The translations under genes were made by a program, and so were the position numbers. Below are positions 49,648-59,810 of a stretch of 64,000 bases of DNA, piece after piece. The DNA is from Spirochaetaceae bacterium (lineage in GTDB: Bacteria > Spirochaetota > Spirochaetia > DSM-2461). The stretch lies in assembly GCA_051531975.1 (NCBI GenBank), contig JAOPTT010000020.1, forward strand, positions 32,001-96,000. Direction: 5' to 3'. Numbering within the stretch: position 1 is the first letter of the stretch; each line of letters starts with the position of its first letter. Below the pieces are notes generated by a model. That model was not told the DNA's origin and made no database searches. It saw nothing but the letters and a program-made list of their open reading frames with translations.

Positions 49648-51942
49648 AGCTTCTAATACTTTAACCCCAAGCTTTCTATTTTTTCCTCTGTATGGATAAC
49701 AATGGATATGAATTGCAGGGTTAAAGTTTAGCTCTATTATAGTTGCATTATCATTAGTTCTTTTCTCTTTTATATCTTTAATCATCATATCAACACCAGT
49801 AATATTGGCTCCAACAGCTTTTGCAGCTTTTATTGCCTCAACAAAATAACTTTTATCAACACTATCAGTGAAATCTAAACTGTCACCACCTGTACTAATA
49901 TTAGAGTTTTCCCTTATGTAAATCAATTCATCCTTATTAGGAATAGAAGCAATGTTCAGATTTTGATTTTTTAAAAAGAGTAATTCTGATTCACCTAATT
50001 TAAGGTGTTCTAAAGGTTTTTTATACCCTAAACCTCTAAGTGGATCTTGGTTCTTAATTGTAATTAACTGTTCTATAGTTGATTTCCCATCACCTATGAT
50101 ATTAGCTGGAACCCTTTTTAGTATTCCACAAACTTCACTGTTTATAATTGTAAACCTATATTCTTCACCAGGGAAAAATGTCTCTATTAAAACTGTTTCA
50201 TCATTTGCAAAACCTAAATTGATACCTTGCTCAAAATCAACTTTACTAAAACCACTGTTTAAAATTGTAATACCAATACCAAAATTTGTATTATTAGGTT
50301 TTATTACAATTTTTTTAGAGTTGTATTTATAAAAGTCATCTATTGCAGCTAATTTGTTTGTATATATCCCTCCCTGAGGAACAGATACACCATTTTCAGC
50401 TAAAACCCTTTTAGTTATAGCTTTATTTTCCATTACTAATACAGTTGAATAACTATCTAGACTAGTTTTTGTAGCCTGTTTTATATATTCAATTTTCTCT
50501 CCACTTCTTATACTTATAAAGTTCTCATTAACATCTAATATTTTTACTTTTAAGCCTTTTAGAAGAGCTTCTTTCACTAATATTTGGGTTGATAACTCAA
50601 GTTCTTCATAACCTTTTAAAGAGAATCTTTTAGATAATGAATCAGTTTTATTTTGTTTAGCTACAGAAAGGTGATGATTAATATAACCCTTCTTTTCTAC
50701 AAGTTTATATATGTTTTCAGAGTATGGTTTAACTTTTCCATTTAACTTATTTATTGCATTAGATATTATTGAATTATAATAATTATTATTAATATTTAAC
50801 GTATCTAAAACATTTTTTACTCTCTCGAAAAAGAAAAGTCCCTCTTCTTTTAGTTCATCATTAAGTTTTCTACCATGTAAGCTAACAAAGTTTTGTTTCT
50901 CTATAGCTTTACTTTGTGCATCCTGATCATAAAGGCTACATGGATATAATAAGCTAGAAAGTATTATTAGATGTACTAAGTGAATATCACCTTTACTAAT
51001 CCCAACTTTTGTTAAAGGATTAAGATCTATCATTCTTAGTTCTATATACTCAATTCCTTCTTTTTCAAGTTCAGTGAAAGTATTTTGATCTTTACTGTTC
51101 TTTAATCTAACAGGACTATAATATTCATTTACACAATTTAATGCACCTTTGGATATTAATGACTTTAAGTCACTTATATTCTCATCTAGTGTATCAAAAG
51201 ATACTCTAAAATCCTCATTATTCCTGTATCCACATATACTGTTTCTATAAGAACAAGCATCGTCAAATATAAACTCTTCACCCCGCCTGAACTCTTTTGC
51301 AGTTTCACAACATAATTTATATGTTGAATGAGTTGCTACATTAGCACCTAATAAATATGTAATTAACCATTGGTGTTTAAGTAAGTTTCTTGAAATTGTT
51401 AGATATAATCTATTTTTAAAGTCATAGTAAGAATCTTGTTTTTCTTCAAATTTATATAGTTCATGTAAAAAAGAATTTCTAAAAGAGAAATTATAATGTA
51501 TTCCAGAAATTAACTGTTTATGTTTACCATATTTTTCAGCAATATACTCTCTATATTTCATTTTAGCTTGAGCATCAGGACTTGAACCATAATTTGCAAT
51601 TGGAATATCATTATCATCAGGTATTATTGGAGGCATACTACTAGTCCATAGGTATTCATCTTTAGGTAAGTTTTCATTAACAATATCGTGAATATTCTCA
51701 AGCATATAATAAGCTTCATCTATGGAGTTAGATGGTGGTGTAATCATCTCTATTTGACTTTCTGAGAAGTCTGTCGTTATATATGGATGGGTTAGCTTGT
51801 CACCAAGGATTGTTGGGTGTGGTGTTAGTGCTAATTTTCCATCTGTATCAACCCTGAGGTTTTCTTTCTCAAGACCCCATTTACCTTTAATAAGGCCGGC
51901 TGCTAAATTATTATCTTTTATCGTTTTTAACATTTTATCCAT
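49636..51942 (-). CDS. gshAB: Bifunctional glutamate-cysteine ligase/glutathione synthetase (GshF)
   Basis: GLEKENLRV, TDFSESQIEMITP, SGIHYNFS, EYYSPVR, then LELSTQIL and ATP-grasp KPNNTNFGIGI, NSNISTGGDS, IELNFNP; start moved to ATG 51942 (or 51933). Confidence 0.93.
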   Translation of the reverse strand: MDKMLKTIKDNNLAAGLIKGKWGLEKENLRVDTDGKLALTPHPTILGDKLTHPYITTDFSESQIEMITPPSNSIDEAYYMLENIHDIVNENLPKDEYLWTSSMPPIIPDDNDIPIANYGSSPDAQAKMKYREYIAEKYGKHKQLISGIHYNFSFRNSFLHELYKFEEKQDSYYDFKNRLYLTISRNLLKHQWLITYLLGANVATHSTYKLCCETAKEFRRGEEFIFDDACSYRNSICGYRNNEDFRVSFDTLDENISDLKSLISKGALNCVNEYYSPVRLKNSKDQNTFTELEKEGIEYIELRMIDLNPLTKVGISKGDIHLVHLIILSSLLYPCSLYDQDAQSKAIEKQNFVSLHGRKLNDELKEEGLFFFERVKNVLDTLNINNNYYNSIISNAINKLNGKVKPYSENIYKLVEKKGYINHHLSVAKQNKTDSLSKRFSLKGYEELELSTQILVKEALLKGLKVKILDVNENFISIRSGEKIEYIKQATKTSLDSYSTVLVMENKAITKRVLAENGVSVPQGGIYTNKLAAIDDFYKYNSKKIVIKPNNTNFGIGITILNSGFSKVDFEQGINLGFANDETVLIETFFPGEEYRFTIINSEVCGILKRVPANIIGDGKSTIEQLITIKNQDPLRGLGYKKPLEHLKLGESELLFLKNQNLNIASIPNKDELIYIRENSNISTGGDSLDFTDSVDKSYFVEAIKAAKAVGANITGVDMMIKDIKEKRTNDNATIIELNFNPAIHIHCYPYRGKNRKLGVKVLEALGF

Positions 51943-52083
51943 TAGTAAAAAGATAAACATCATAATAGGGAAAGTCAATTAGAATCTTGTTTAAAAGGAA
52001 GTAAGTTGAATTATAGATCGTAGAATAAAATTTCTATGTAGGTGTTTAAAATATAAACTTAATAGACATAGTTGAAATACTCA

Positions 52084-53247
52084 CTAATTTATTAATAAAA
52101 GAAAATTTGATCTAAATTCTTCCAGATTATGTTTTCCTCCAGCACCTTGCCATAATGGACTTCGACCACCACCTTTACCATTAATTATTGGTAAAACGTC
52201 AGATTTAAACTTATCAAAATCTATAATCGGATTTGATGAATCAATTAGATACCAGTTTAAGTTTTCTCCTAAATTTATAACTAATAGGGCATTCTCCAGT
52301 TTATTAACTAATTCTGAAGCAAGCTTTTGAGTAATTTTAGATGGTATGTTTTCGAAAATAATGAAACTTTGTTTCTCTTGTTGGATAGATTTAATACTGT
52401 TTTTTATCAATATCTCACTAATACTTTTTTGTTCCTGTTTAAGTTTGGAAACACTGTTTTTTAAAGTTAATAGACCACCAGGTATTTCATTATCTCTAGT
52501 AGAAAGTTCTTTGTTTATTTTATGAATAATTGAAGTTTTATTTTGATAATCTTTTAAAGCGTTTATACCAATTAGAAATGTTAATCTGATATTACCTCTA
52601 ATTTTTTCATAACCAGTGATTTTAATAAGACCAATTTGTGAAATGTTAGATAAATGCAGACCTCCACAGGGAACACAGTCATAGCCTTCAATTTCAACAA
52701 CTCTAATATATCCTGAATATTTTGAGCTACGTCTTATATTAAAATCTTTTAACCCTTCATCATCTGTTTCATGATAAATTATATTATTATTATTAGAAAT
52801 TAGTTCAAAACATCTATTTTCTATGTTAAGTAAATCATTATCATTTATTTGTGTAGAATCGATCTCAATAGTTGTCTCATTTTCACCTAAATGAACACTT
52901 AATGTATCTAAATCTAACTCTTTTTTTAATACTGCAGATATTAGATGCTGACCACTATGTTGAACCATAAAATGTTCTCTATGGTCTCTGTCTATTACAC
53001 ATGTAACAACTTTATCAAGAGGTTCTTTTTCTAAGATATGTAGAATATTATCATTCTCTTTTATTGTATCTATAACTTTTATATTACCAATTAAACCTCT
53101 ATCCCCGGGCTGTCCACCACCTTCAGGATAAAAGTATGTCTCATTTAGTTCTATAAGATACAAACCTCTATCATTTTTAGTGATAGAGGTTATTTTAGCT
53201 TCAAAATTATATATTTTATTATCTAAATAGTATTTTTTTAATGTCAC
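52084..53247 (-). CDS. AlaX-family alanyl-tRNA editing protein with C-terminal DHHA1 domain
   Basis: FYPEGGGQPGDRG, HSGQH, CGGLH zinc motifs, GKGGG. Confidence 0.88.
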   Translation of the reverse strand: MTLKKYYLDNKIYNFEAKITSITKNDRGLYLIELNETYFYPEGGGQPGDRGLIGNIKVIDTIKENDNILHILEKEPLDKVVTCVIDRDHREHFMVQHSGQHLISAVLKKELDLDTLSVHLGENETTIEIDSTQINDNDLLNIENRCFELISNNNNIIYHETDDEGLKDFNIRRSSKYSGYIRVVEIEGYDCVPCGGLHLSNISQIGLIKITGYEKIRGNIRLTFLIGINALKDYQNKTSIIHKINKELSTRDNEIPGGLLTLKNSVSKLKQEQKSISEILIKNSIKSIQQEKQSFIIFENIPSKITQKLASELVNKLENALLVINLGENLNWYLIDSSNPIIDFDKFKSDVLPIINGKGGGRSPLWQGAGGKHNLEEFRSNFLLLIN

Positions 53248-54917
53248 TTAATTATAGATGACGCAAATAAAAACCAACTTGCATGTGGTATCCATTGCTC
53301 ACCCCATCTCCATGTATTATCTCCGGTGTTTGCACACTCTGGTTGAAAGTCTATATCAGATTCATCTAAAAATCCACCAGTTATACCGTTACATATTCCA
53401 CCAGGAAAACTTGGATATGCAGCAGCATAATCAGGAGTATTTCTTCCTCTACCATATAACATACACATATCGTAGGGGTTTAAACCTAGAATCCAGTGCA
53501 TTTGATTATTTCCAAATGTTAATAATTTATCAGAAAACTCTTTATCATCTGAAAATAGCAAGGATCCCATGTAAGCTGCCGCAGCTAAGGATGCTATTCT
53601 AGCATTTTCACCTTGCCACCAGTAACCTGTCTCATTTTTATGGGGTATAAAAAATGCCGTCTTCCTTACATCATCAGTATCCACAGTATATTGCCTAGCA
53701 TATCCAAATGGGTTAGTCACTTCACTTGTAATTTCTAGTTCGTAATTAAGAGCATTTTTAATTACACTTTTAACTTCAGAACTATCTTCAATAGATAAAT
53801 ATTCAATTAAAGATATAATTGGAAAACCAGCTTCTGCTGCATGGAAATATGGTCTGTCTACATTATCTGCTCTAAACCAGTTATTAATATTATTATCAGA
53901 AGTTTGTCGGTCCATTAGAGATTTAGCTCTCTTATCTGCAGCATTTTTATGTTTTTTATCACCGGTAACTTTAAATAGTTCAGTTGCAGCTAATAGAGCG
54001 CAATAATCATCTATTATATTTTCTTCACCATCGTCTAAATACTTTGTATTATTTATTTCTAAATGATCAAAAGCCTTTATTGCAATATCTAAATATGTTT
54101 TAGATGAAAATTCGCCTTGTTCTTCTAAAGTTGAAGCTTTAGCCAATGCGGCAATTGATACTCCAGCGCCCTGCCTATAACCTGCCTGATAGTTATCAAA
54201 TTTATGGCCCTTCTGAGTTTCGTAGGCACATATCTCTCTCTGTTCTGGGGCCTTAGACCACTTATCAAAAACTATAGAATAAAAATATCCATCTTTATCA
54301 AACATTCGAACTAAAAAATCTGCACCAAATAGTGCTTCATCTATAACTCTAGGTTTAATTAAAGCAGTTTGATGATCTCTTTTATCTGAGTTTTCAATTA
54401 GCTTTAGAATGTGCCAAACAGAACCAGGAATTTGCTGAGGATTGAAAAAGTTAGCATAACTTAAATGAGTTAAATATTTACTAATATCACCGGAAGCATC
54501 ATACCAGCCACCACTAACATCAACAGTGCCAGTTCTTTTACCAACAAAGGATGCTGTTCTATCCTTTCTATCCCATTTACCAGATGATCTTTGGGATTTA
54601 AAATAATTAATAATTTCATTGTGTAAAAACTTATCATATATAGTTTCTTCAATATAAAAAGGTTCAGAAGATATTCCATCAACATCAATATAATATCTTC
54701 CTAATTCTTTAAAACCGGAGAAGTCTAAACTAAAGAAATACCAATCTTTCCAATTATCAACTGTTCCAGCACGGACAATTTCACCAGTGTAAACAATATC
54801 CCCATTTTCTCTATTTATTAAAGAAAATGATCTACCTGTAAACGATTCCGGTGCCTTTAAAACAGCTTTTTTGCTTGTGGAGACTGTATAACCAGGATGA
54901 CTAATAAATATTTTCAT
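53244..54917 (-). CDS. GH9 glycoside hydrolase, exo-beta-D-glucosaminidase type
   Basis: DVSGGWYDASGDISKYLTHLSYANFFNPQQ, ENIIDDYCALLAA, PHKNETGYWWQGENAR, WRWGEQWIPH; resembles the Vibrio/Photobacterium chitin-operon GH9 subgroup; no signal peptide. Confidence 0.85.
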   Translation of the reverse strand: MKIFISHPGYTVSTSKKAVLKAPESFTGRSFSLINRENGDIVYTGEIVRAGTVDNWKDWYFFSLDFSGFKELGRYYIDVDGISSEPFYIEETIYDKFLHNEIINYFKSQRSSGKWDRKDRTASFVGKRTGTVDVSGGWYDASGDISKYLTHLSYANFFNPQQIPGSVWHILKLIENSDKRDHQTALIKPRVIDEALFGADFLVRMFDKDGYFYSIVFDKWSKAPEQREICAYETQKGHKFDNYQAGYRQGAGVSIAALAKASTLEEQGEFSSKTYLDIAIKAFDHLEINNTKYLDDGEENIIDDYCALLAATELFKVTGDKKHKNAADKRAKSLMDRQTSDNNINNWFRADNVDRPYFHAAEAGFPIISLIEYLSIEDSSEVKSVIKNALNYELEITSEVTNPFGYARQYTVDTDDVRKTAFFIPHKNETGYWWQGENARIASLAAAAYMGSLLFSDDKEFSDKLLTFGNNQMHWILGLNPYDMCMLYGRGRNTPDYAAAYPSFPGGICNGITGGFLDESDIDFQPECANTGDNTWRWGEQWIPHASWFLFASSIIK

Positions 54918-54933
54918 ATAGACCTCTCTCTAT

Positions 54934-56988
54934 TTAATCTTTTATTGTTAATTTTTTTGGTACTATGTAATCAAAAAGACTTAAAGCCAACCAACATACA
55001 GTTCCTGTTAACCAGGGGATACCACCATTTCCAGCTTTATCTGGATAATAACCACCATTATAATAATTAACTAATACAAATGGTTCACTTCGAGTTTGCC
55101 TAAAATCTTTATACATAGGAAGGGCTCTTTTTAAGAATTCCATACCTTCTTCATTTCGGTTTGCCTGTAATAAGGCATATACGCCATACAGTGATGCATG
55201 GTTATATACAGCAAAATTTTCAGCTAATCCAGGTGCAAGGGCGGATAAATTTCCAACAGCTTCTTCAGGTTCTACAAAACCAGGATCACATATCATCAGT
55301 CCGTTTGGTGTTGCTAGTTTTTTAACCATATTATCCATAGCAATTTTAGCTTTGACCGGATCTCTTTTATCCATACCTGAAATTGTAAACCAGGCCTGTG
55401 GTAGTAAAAAGATTCTATCTTCCATACCAATCTTTTCGCCTTTTTCAGTTATTCCACGACCAAACCATTCTCCAGTCCAGTAGACCATTACACCGTCATA
55501 TAGTTTATCTTTTAACTTTTCTATGTTTAATCCATGAGTCTCATCGGTTCTAATATCAAGAATTGCAAGTTTATCTAAGGCATAGTATGCAAATTGGTTT
55601 AACCAAACACTTCCACCTTTTAAACCTAATCCTGAAAGTGCATCATTCCAATCCCCAATTCCCATATCAACTAAACCATGTTCTCCAATTTGAAGACAAT
55701 AATTTATACCTCTAACACAGTGTTCGTATACAGTGGCTTTTTCTTCAGATTGAAAGAATTGAACATTCTCTTTTAAAATAGATTCATCACCTGTGTTTAA
55801 AATGTATCTTTCAACTGCTATAGGTAACCAGAAGGCTAAATCTCTAAAATCCCTTTCATCATTAAATCCTCCACCAGTATTCCACTGTCTTAGACATCGT
55901 CCATTATCAAATTGTTTTGTACACATAGTTAAAATGATCTCTTTTGCACCATTTTGATTAAAATAGCTAAGACTCATAGCATCCTGTGCAACGTCTCGGA
56001 ACCCTCTAAATGGAATTCTAACTAAACCCTCTGATTGCTGATAAATTTGATAGGGGAAAAATGTTTTAAGATAATTTTTTAATATACTATCCTCAAGGTT
56101 TTCAAAAGCAGGCTTGAAAACCTTCTTTTGCCAACTCTTTTGTACAACTTCAAACTCCTCTTTTACCTGGGTTACTGTTGGGAATTCCCTTTTTATTTTA
56201 TCTATGTTTTTTTCATCAGTACCTAAAAATATAACTAACTCTCTGCATTCCCCTGGTTGTAGGGTTAAATCAAATTGGTAAGCTCCAATATATGGATCTC
56301 CACCACTTGTTGAATTCTTTAATTGTCCATTTAATACATTTTCTGGTCGTCTCATAGATCCATTTCCCCTAAATGAAAACAGACTAGCATCGTATGATGT
56401 TGGTTTATCAATAGATGTAAAAAAACCAGTAATAGTATCTGCATCACCCTGAAGTTTTCGAAAAACTAAAGAGTTTGTAGAATTATCATAGCTCGAGTTT
56501 GTGAACCATGAATAATAGACAGGATCAACTCCAAAAGTATCATATAATAGAAACTCAACTTCAGGAGTAACAGAAATATTTTTAACAACGTTAGAATTAT
56601 TTAAAACTTTTATTAAACCAATCTCATATGTACCATCAGATGGTAAAAAAATAGTATGGCTAACATTTATTCCATTTTTGGAAGAATCAAACTTAGTATA
56701 TCCCGGGGCATGAATGCATTTATACTCATCTAAACAGACTTCAGAAGGGTAGAAGGATGGACTCCATACTGTGTCACTATCCTTTATATATAAAAACCTT
56801 CCTTTATTGGGAGTATAAAAATCGTAGTTTGTAACTACTGTTCTTGGTTCCTCAATTGTTGTTGAATATGCATCACCTAAATGAGATATTTTAATTCCAT
56901 AACTTGGATTTGATAAAAAGTTATACCAACTTCTTAGTTCCTGAGGTTCTGTTAACTCAAAATGTGTATCTGTTAGTTTCCAGCTCAT
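54934..56988 (-). CDS. GH94 glycoside phosphorylase, short and divergent
   Basis: WYNFLSN, GFRDVAQD, GDWND catalytic motif, ENFAVYNHA, SEPF, WLTGT. Confidence 0.87.
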   Translation of the reverse strand: MSWKLTDTHFELTEPQELRSWYNFLSNPSYGIKISHLGDAYSTTIEEPRTVVTNYDFYTPNKGRFLYIKDSDTVWSPSFYPSEVCLDEYKCIHAPGYTKFDSSKNGINVSHTIFLPSDGTYEIGLIKVLNNSNVVKNISVTPEVEFLLYDTFGVDPVYYSWFTNSSYDNSTNSLVFRKLQGDADTITGFFTSIDKPTSYDASLFSFRGNGSMRRPENVLNGQLKNSTSGGDPYIGAYQFDLTLQPGECRELVIFLGTDEKNIDKIKREFPTVTQVKEEFEVVQKSWQKKVFKPAFENLEDSILKNYLKTFFPYQIYQQSEGLVRIPFRGFRDVAQDAMSLSYFNQNGAKEIILTMCTKQFDNGRCLRQWNTGGGFNDERDFRDLAFWLPIAVERYILNTGDESILKENVQFFQSEEKATVYEHCVRGINYCLQIGEHGLVDMGIGDWNDALSGLGLKGGSVWLNQFAYYALDKLAILDIRTDETHGLNIEKLKDKLYDGVMVYWTGEWFGRGITEKGEKIGMEDRIFLLPQAWFTISGMDKRDPVKAKIAMDNMVKKLATPNGLMICDPGFVEPEEAVGNLSALAPGLAENFAVYNHASLYGVYALLQANRNEEGMEFLKRALPMYKDFRQTRSEPFVLVNYYNGGYYPDKAGNGGIPWLTGTVCWLALSLFDYIVPKKLTIKD

Positions 56989-57211
56989 TTATATACTCCT
57001 ATTAACTCAATTTAATATATTATTATCCGGTTTTATCTAAAAAGCAATTAGGTTTGTATTGTTTTTAATACTAATCTAAAAGTTTTTTTATTATATATTG
57101 TTTTTATTATTTAATAAAGTGATTTTTTGGATTATGTTTTTACGATAAAACTCCGATTTAAAATGCTTCTAGCCACTCTATACCCCTTTTAAAGTTTTTT
57201 CTAATAAGTTC

Positions 57212-57266
57212 TTGACAGACAGGGTAAACAGGAGTAAATTGATGTTAGTTAAGTTAACTTACTAAC
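57212..57266 (+). promoter_or_regulatory. Promoter TTGACA-17-TAAATT followed by a palindromic ROK-type operator GTTAGT-N11-ACTAAC
   Basis: -35 at 57212-57217, -10 at 57235-57240, palindrome at 57244-57266 over the predicted +1. Confidence 0.72.
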
Positions 57267-57291
57267 TTAACCAAGTAGGTAAGGAGTTAAA

Positions 57292-58449
57292 TTGAAAGCA
57301 TCAAACAAGAGTTTTCAGAGACAACACAACCTTGCCCTTGTAGCAAGAAGTATTTGGAAGAGCGAAGGGATTAGTCGGGTAGATATATCTAAGGATATTC
57401 AATTAGATAAAACATCAGTATCAAGTATTGTTTCTATCTTATTGGAAAATGAATTAGTAGAGGTTGCAAATATTGGAGATTCGATGCCTAAGGGTGGAAG
57501 AAAACCAATAAACCTAAAAATAGATACTGATTTTGGTCATGTTCTTGGTCTAAATATTCAACCTGATAAATGTAAGTTAGCAATTCTTGGTTTAGATGGT
57601 TCTTTACTGTTTAAAGAAGAGATTATTATTCGAGAAGATTTAACATTAGAGACAATTATTGATCTTGCGATGTTAAAGATTGAATCTGAGTTTAAGTCAG
57701 ATATAAAGATATTAGGTTGTACTTTAGGGCTACCAGGTACAATTGATACTACAACTGGTTCGGTAATCAATTCCGATCCATTTAAAATAAAAAATAGGGA
57801 TATTGGTGCAGATTTAAAACTTAAGTACTTATTCCCTTTTTTAATAGAAAACGATGCAAACTGCTGTGCATGGGCTGAGATTTTTTTCAATAAAGAGAAA
57901 AATGGGAATTTTCTTTTCCTATTAGGAGAATTAAACAAGCACTATCTTGTTCATAATATAGAAGTTGGTATTGGTTTTGGTATGGGTGTAGTAATTGATA
58001 ATAAAGTTTACCACGGTTTTAATAACCAATCCGGTGAGTTTAAAAGTCTTTTCTGGCGAAGTAAAGATGATTATCAGTTTGGCTCAGATAAAGCTAAGCG
58101 ATCTTTTGGTAGGTTGCAAGGTGTATTAACAGATGAAGTATTGGAGGAGTTATTATTAAACTTTACTCCTATTATTTCTGTTTTAAACCCAGAGAGGGTT
58201 GTTATAGGTGGAGATATTCAAAGGTATACAAATAGAATCAATCAGATGATTGATACTGAGTATACCGATAGATATTTTTCACAAAAGTTTTCAAATTGTA
58301 AGTTTGTTGCCTCTAGTTTTGGAGAATACGATGTTGCAGTTGGAGCTGCTTGTATGTTTTTGGAGAAGTTATTTAGACTTCCAGAGATATCAGAAGCAGA
58401 TAATATACGAAATATTAGTTGGGAAAATCTTTTTTCTGACTTTATTTGA
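57292..58449 (+). CDS. ROK-family transcriptional repressor (NagC/XylR-like)
   Basis: N-terminal HTH ISRVDISKDIQLDKTSVS, GGRKP linker, IENDANCCA, GIGFGMG. Confidence 0.9.
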   Translation: MKASNKSFQRQHNLALVARSIWKSEGISRVDISKDIQLDKTSVSSIVSILLENELVEVANIGDSMPKGGRKPINLKIDTDFGHVLGLNIQPDKCKLAILGLDGSLLFKEEIIIREDLTLETIIDLAMLKIESEFKSDIKILGCTLGLPGTIDTTTGSVINSDPFKIKNRDIGADLKLKYLFPFLIENDANCCAWAEIFFNKEKNGNFLFLLGELNKHYLVHNIEVGIGFGMGVVIDNKVYHGFNNQSGEFKSLFWRSKDDYQFGSDKAKRSFGRLQGVLTDEVLEELLLNFTPIISVLNPERVVIGGDIQRYTNRINQMIDTEYTDRYFSQKFSNCKFVASSFGEYDVAVGAACMFLEKLFRLPEISEADNIRNISWENLFSDFI

Positions 58450-58469
58450 TAATTAAATGGAGGAATTTA

Positions 58470-59735
58470 ATGAAAATTCGAAATGTTGTTTTAATGTTAA
58501 TGGTTGCTTTATTAGCAGTTGGAAGTGTATTTGCTGGTAGTAATGAAGAAGCTCCTGCAGAGAAAGTAAAATTAGTTGTTCTTGGTTATGGTGACGCAAG
58601 TACTCCTGATGGAAAAATGTTTGTAGAAAATATTGAGAACTACATGGCTGCTAACCCTGAAGTAGAAATTGAGTGGGATATGCAGTATGACGAACTATAT
58701 CACCAAAAATTACAGGCTACTTTAGCTGGTGGTGAGCAATTAGATATGGCATATATGTGGAATGGTGGTTCAAGACATCAACCAGTTATGGATGCACAAC
58801 AAGAAATTGATCAATTACAATTTGTTGACGCTTCTTTATTCCATGACGGTGCTTTAGCTGGTGGTGGTAAAAATGGTGAGTTATTTTCAATTCCAAATGC
58901 AAAACAAGCACATACTGTTATGTATTCAAACGATGATTTATTAGCTGAATTAGGTTTAGAAATTGCAACAACTTACGAAGAGTTATTAGCTCAAAGTGAA
59001 ATTGCACAAGCTAACGGTATTTCAGCTCTTGCATATCCTGGTGCTACAGCTTGGTGTCACAATACTTTTGTATACTCAGTATTAGTTGGAAGATTTGGTG
59101 GTGCTCAGCATGCTAAAGATTTAATTGCTAAAAAAGCTAAGTTTACAGATGCTCCTTCAGTTAAGGCATTTGAGTTTATTAAAAAAATGTTTGACGACGG
59201 TGTTGTTACAGAAGATACTTTACAAGCAGACTACGGTGTTTCTTTAGCACAGTTTAACAATAACGAAGCATTATATATGATTGATGGTGGTTGGAGAGCT
59301 GCACAGGTTACTTTAACTAACTTTACATGGAATCAGTTTATTGCTGTACCAGGTGAAATTGCTGCTGGTTCTGGTAACGGTGGATACTCTGCTGGTTACG
59401 CTGTAATGAAATCTGCAACTGTAGATCCTGCAAGAAAAGCTGCTGTAACTAAGTTAATTCAGTATATGTCTGGTGAAGAAGCTTCTTTAGTTAGAGCTAG
59501 ACTTTCTGGTGCTGTACCTTCATTTAAAGTGAAAGGTGATATTGTTTACAAAGTTGGTACTGAACCTTCTGCATCGTATATCGCTGGTTTAAGTTCAATT
59601 ACTGACACAGTTGGTGATTATATCGATGGTACTACTACTTCTACATTTAGTGATGGTATTATTGAAATATGGTTAGGTTCAATTACTCCTCAAGAATTAG
59701 CTGATAAAACTCAGAAAGTTTACGACGAGAACTAG
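58470..59735 (+). CDS. Sugar ABC transporter solute-binding protein
   Basis: Signal peptide ending VFAGSNEE; family-1 SBP features; start moved to ATG 58470 (GGAGG RBS). Confidence 0.9.
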   Translation: MKIRNVVLMLMVALLAVGSVFAGSNEEAPAEKVKLVVLGYGDASTPDGKMFVENIENYMAANPEVEIEWDMQYDELYHQKLQATLAGGEQLDMAYMWNGGSRHQPVMDAQQEIDQLQFVDASLFHDGALAGGGKNGELFSIPNAKQAHTVMYSNDDLLAELGLEIATTYEELLAQSEIAQANGISALAYPGATAWCHNTFVYSVLVGRFGGAQHAKDLIAKKAKFTDAPSVKAFEFIKKMFDDGVVTEDTLQADYGVSLAQFNNNEALYMIDGGWRAAQVTLTNFTWNQFIAVPGEIAAGSGNGGYSAGYAVMKSATVDPARKAAVTKLIQYMSGEEASLVRARLSGAVPSFKVKGDIVYKVGTEPSASYIAGLSSITDTVGDYIDGTTTSTFSDGIIEIWLGSITPQELADKTQKVYDEN

Positions 59736-59758
59736 AAATAACTAATTTTAATTAACAT

Positions 59759-59796
59759 AAGAAGTACAAGGGTCATACTTTGTACTTCTTTTTTTT
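59759..59796 (+). terminator. Intrinsic terminator/attenuating stem-loop after the SBP gene
   Basis: AAGAAGTACAAG/TTTGTACTTCTT stem followed by a T run. Confidence 0.75.
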
Positions 59797-59810
59797 CATG
59801 GGAGGGTAGA

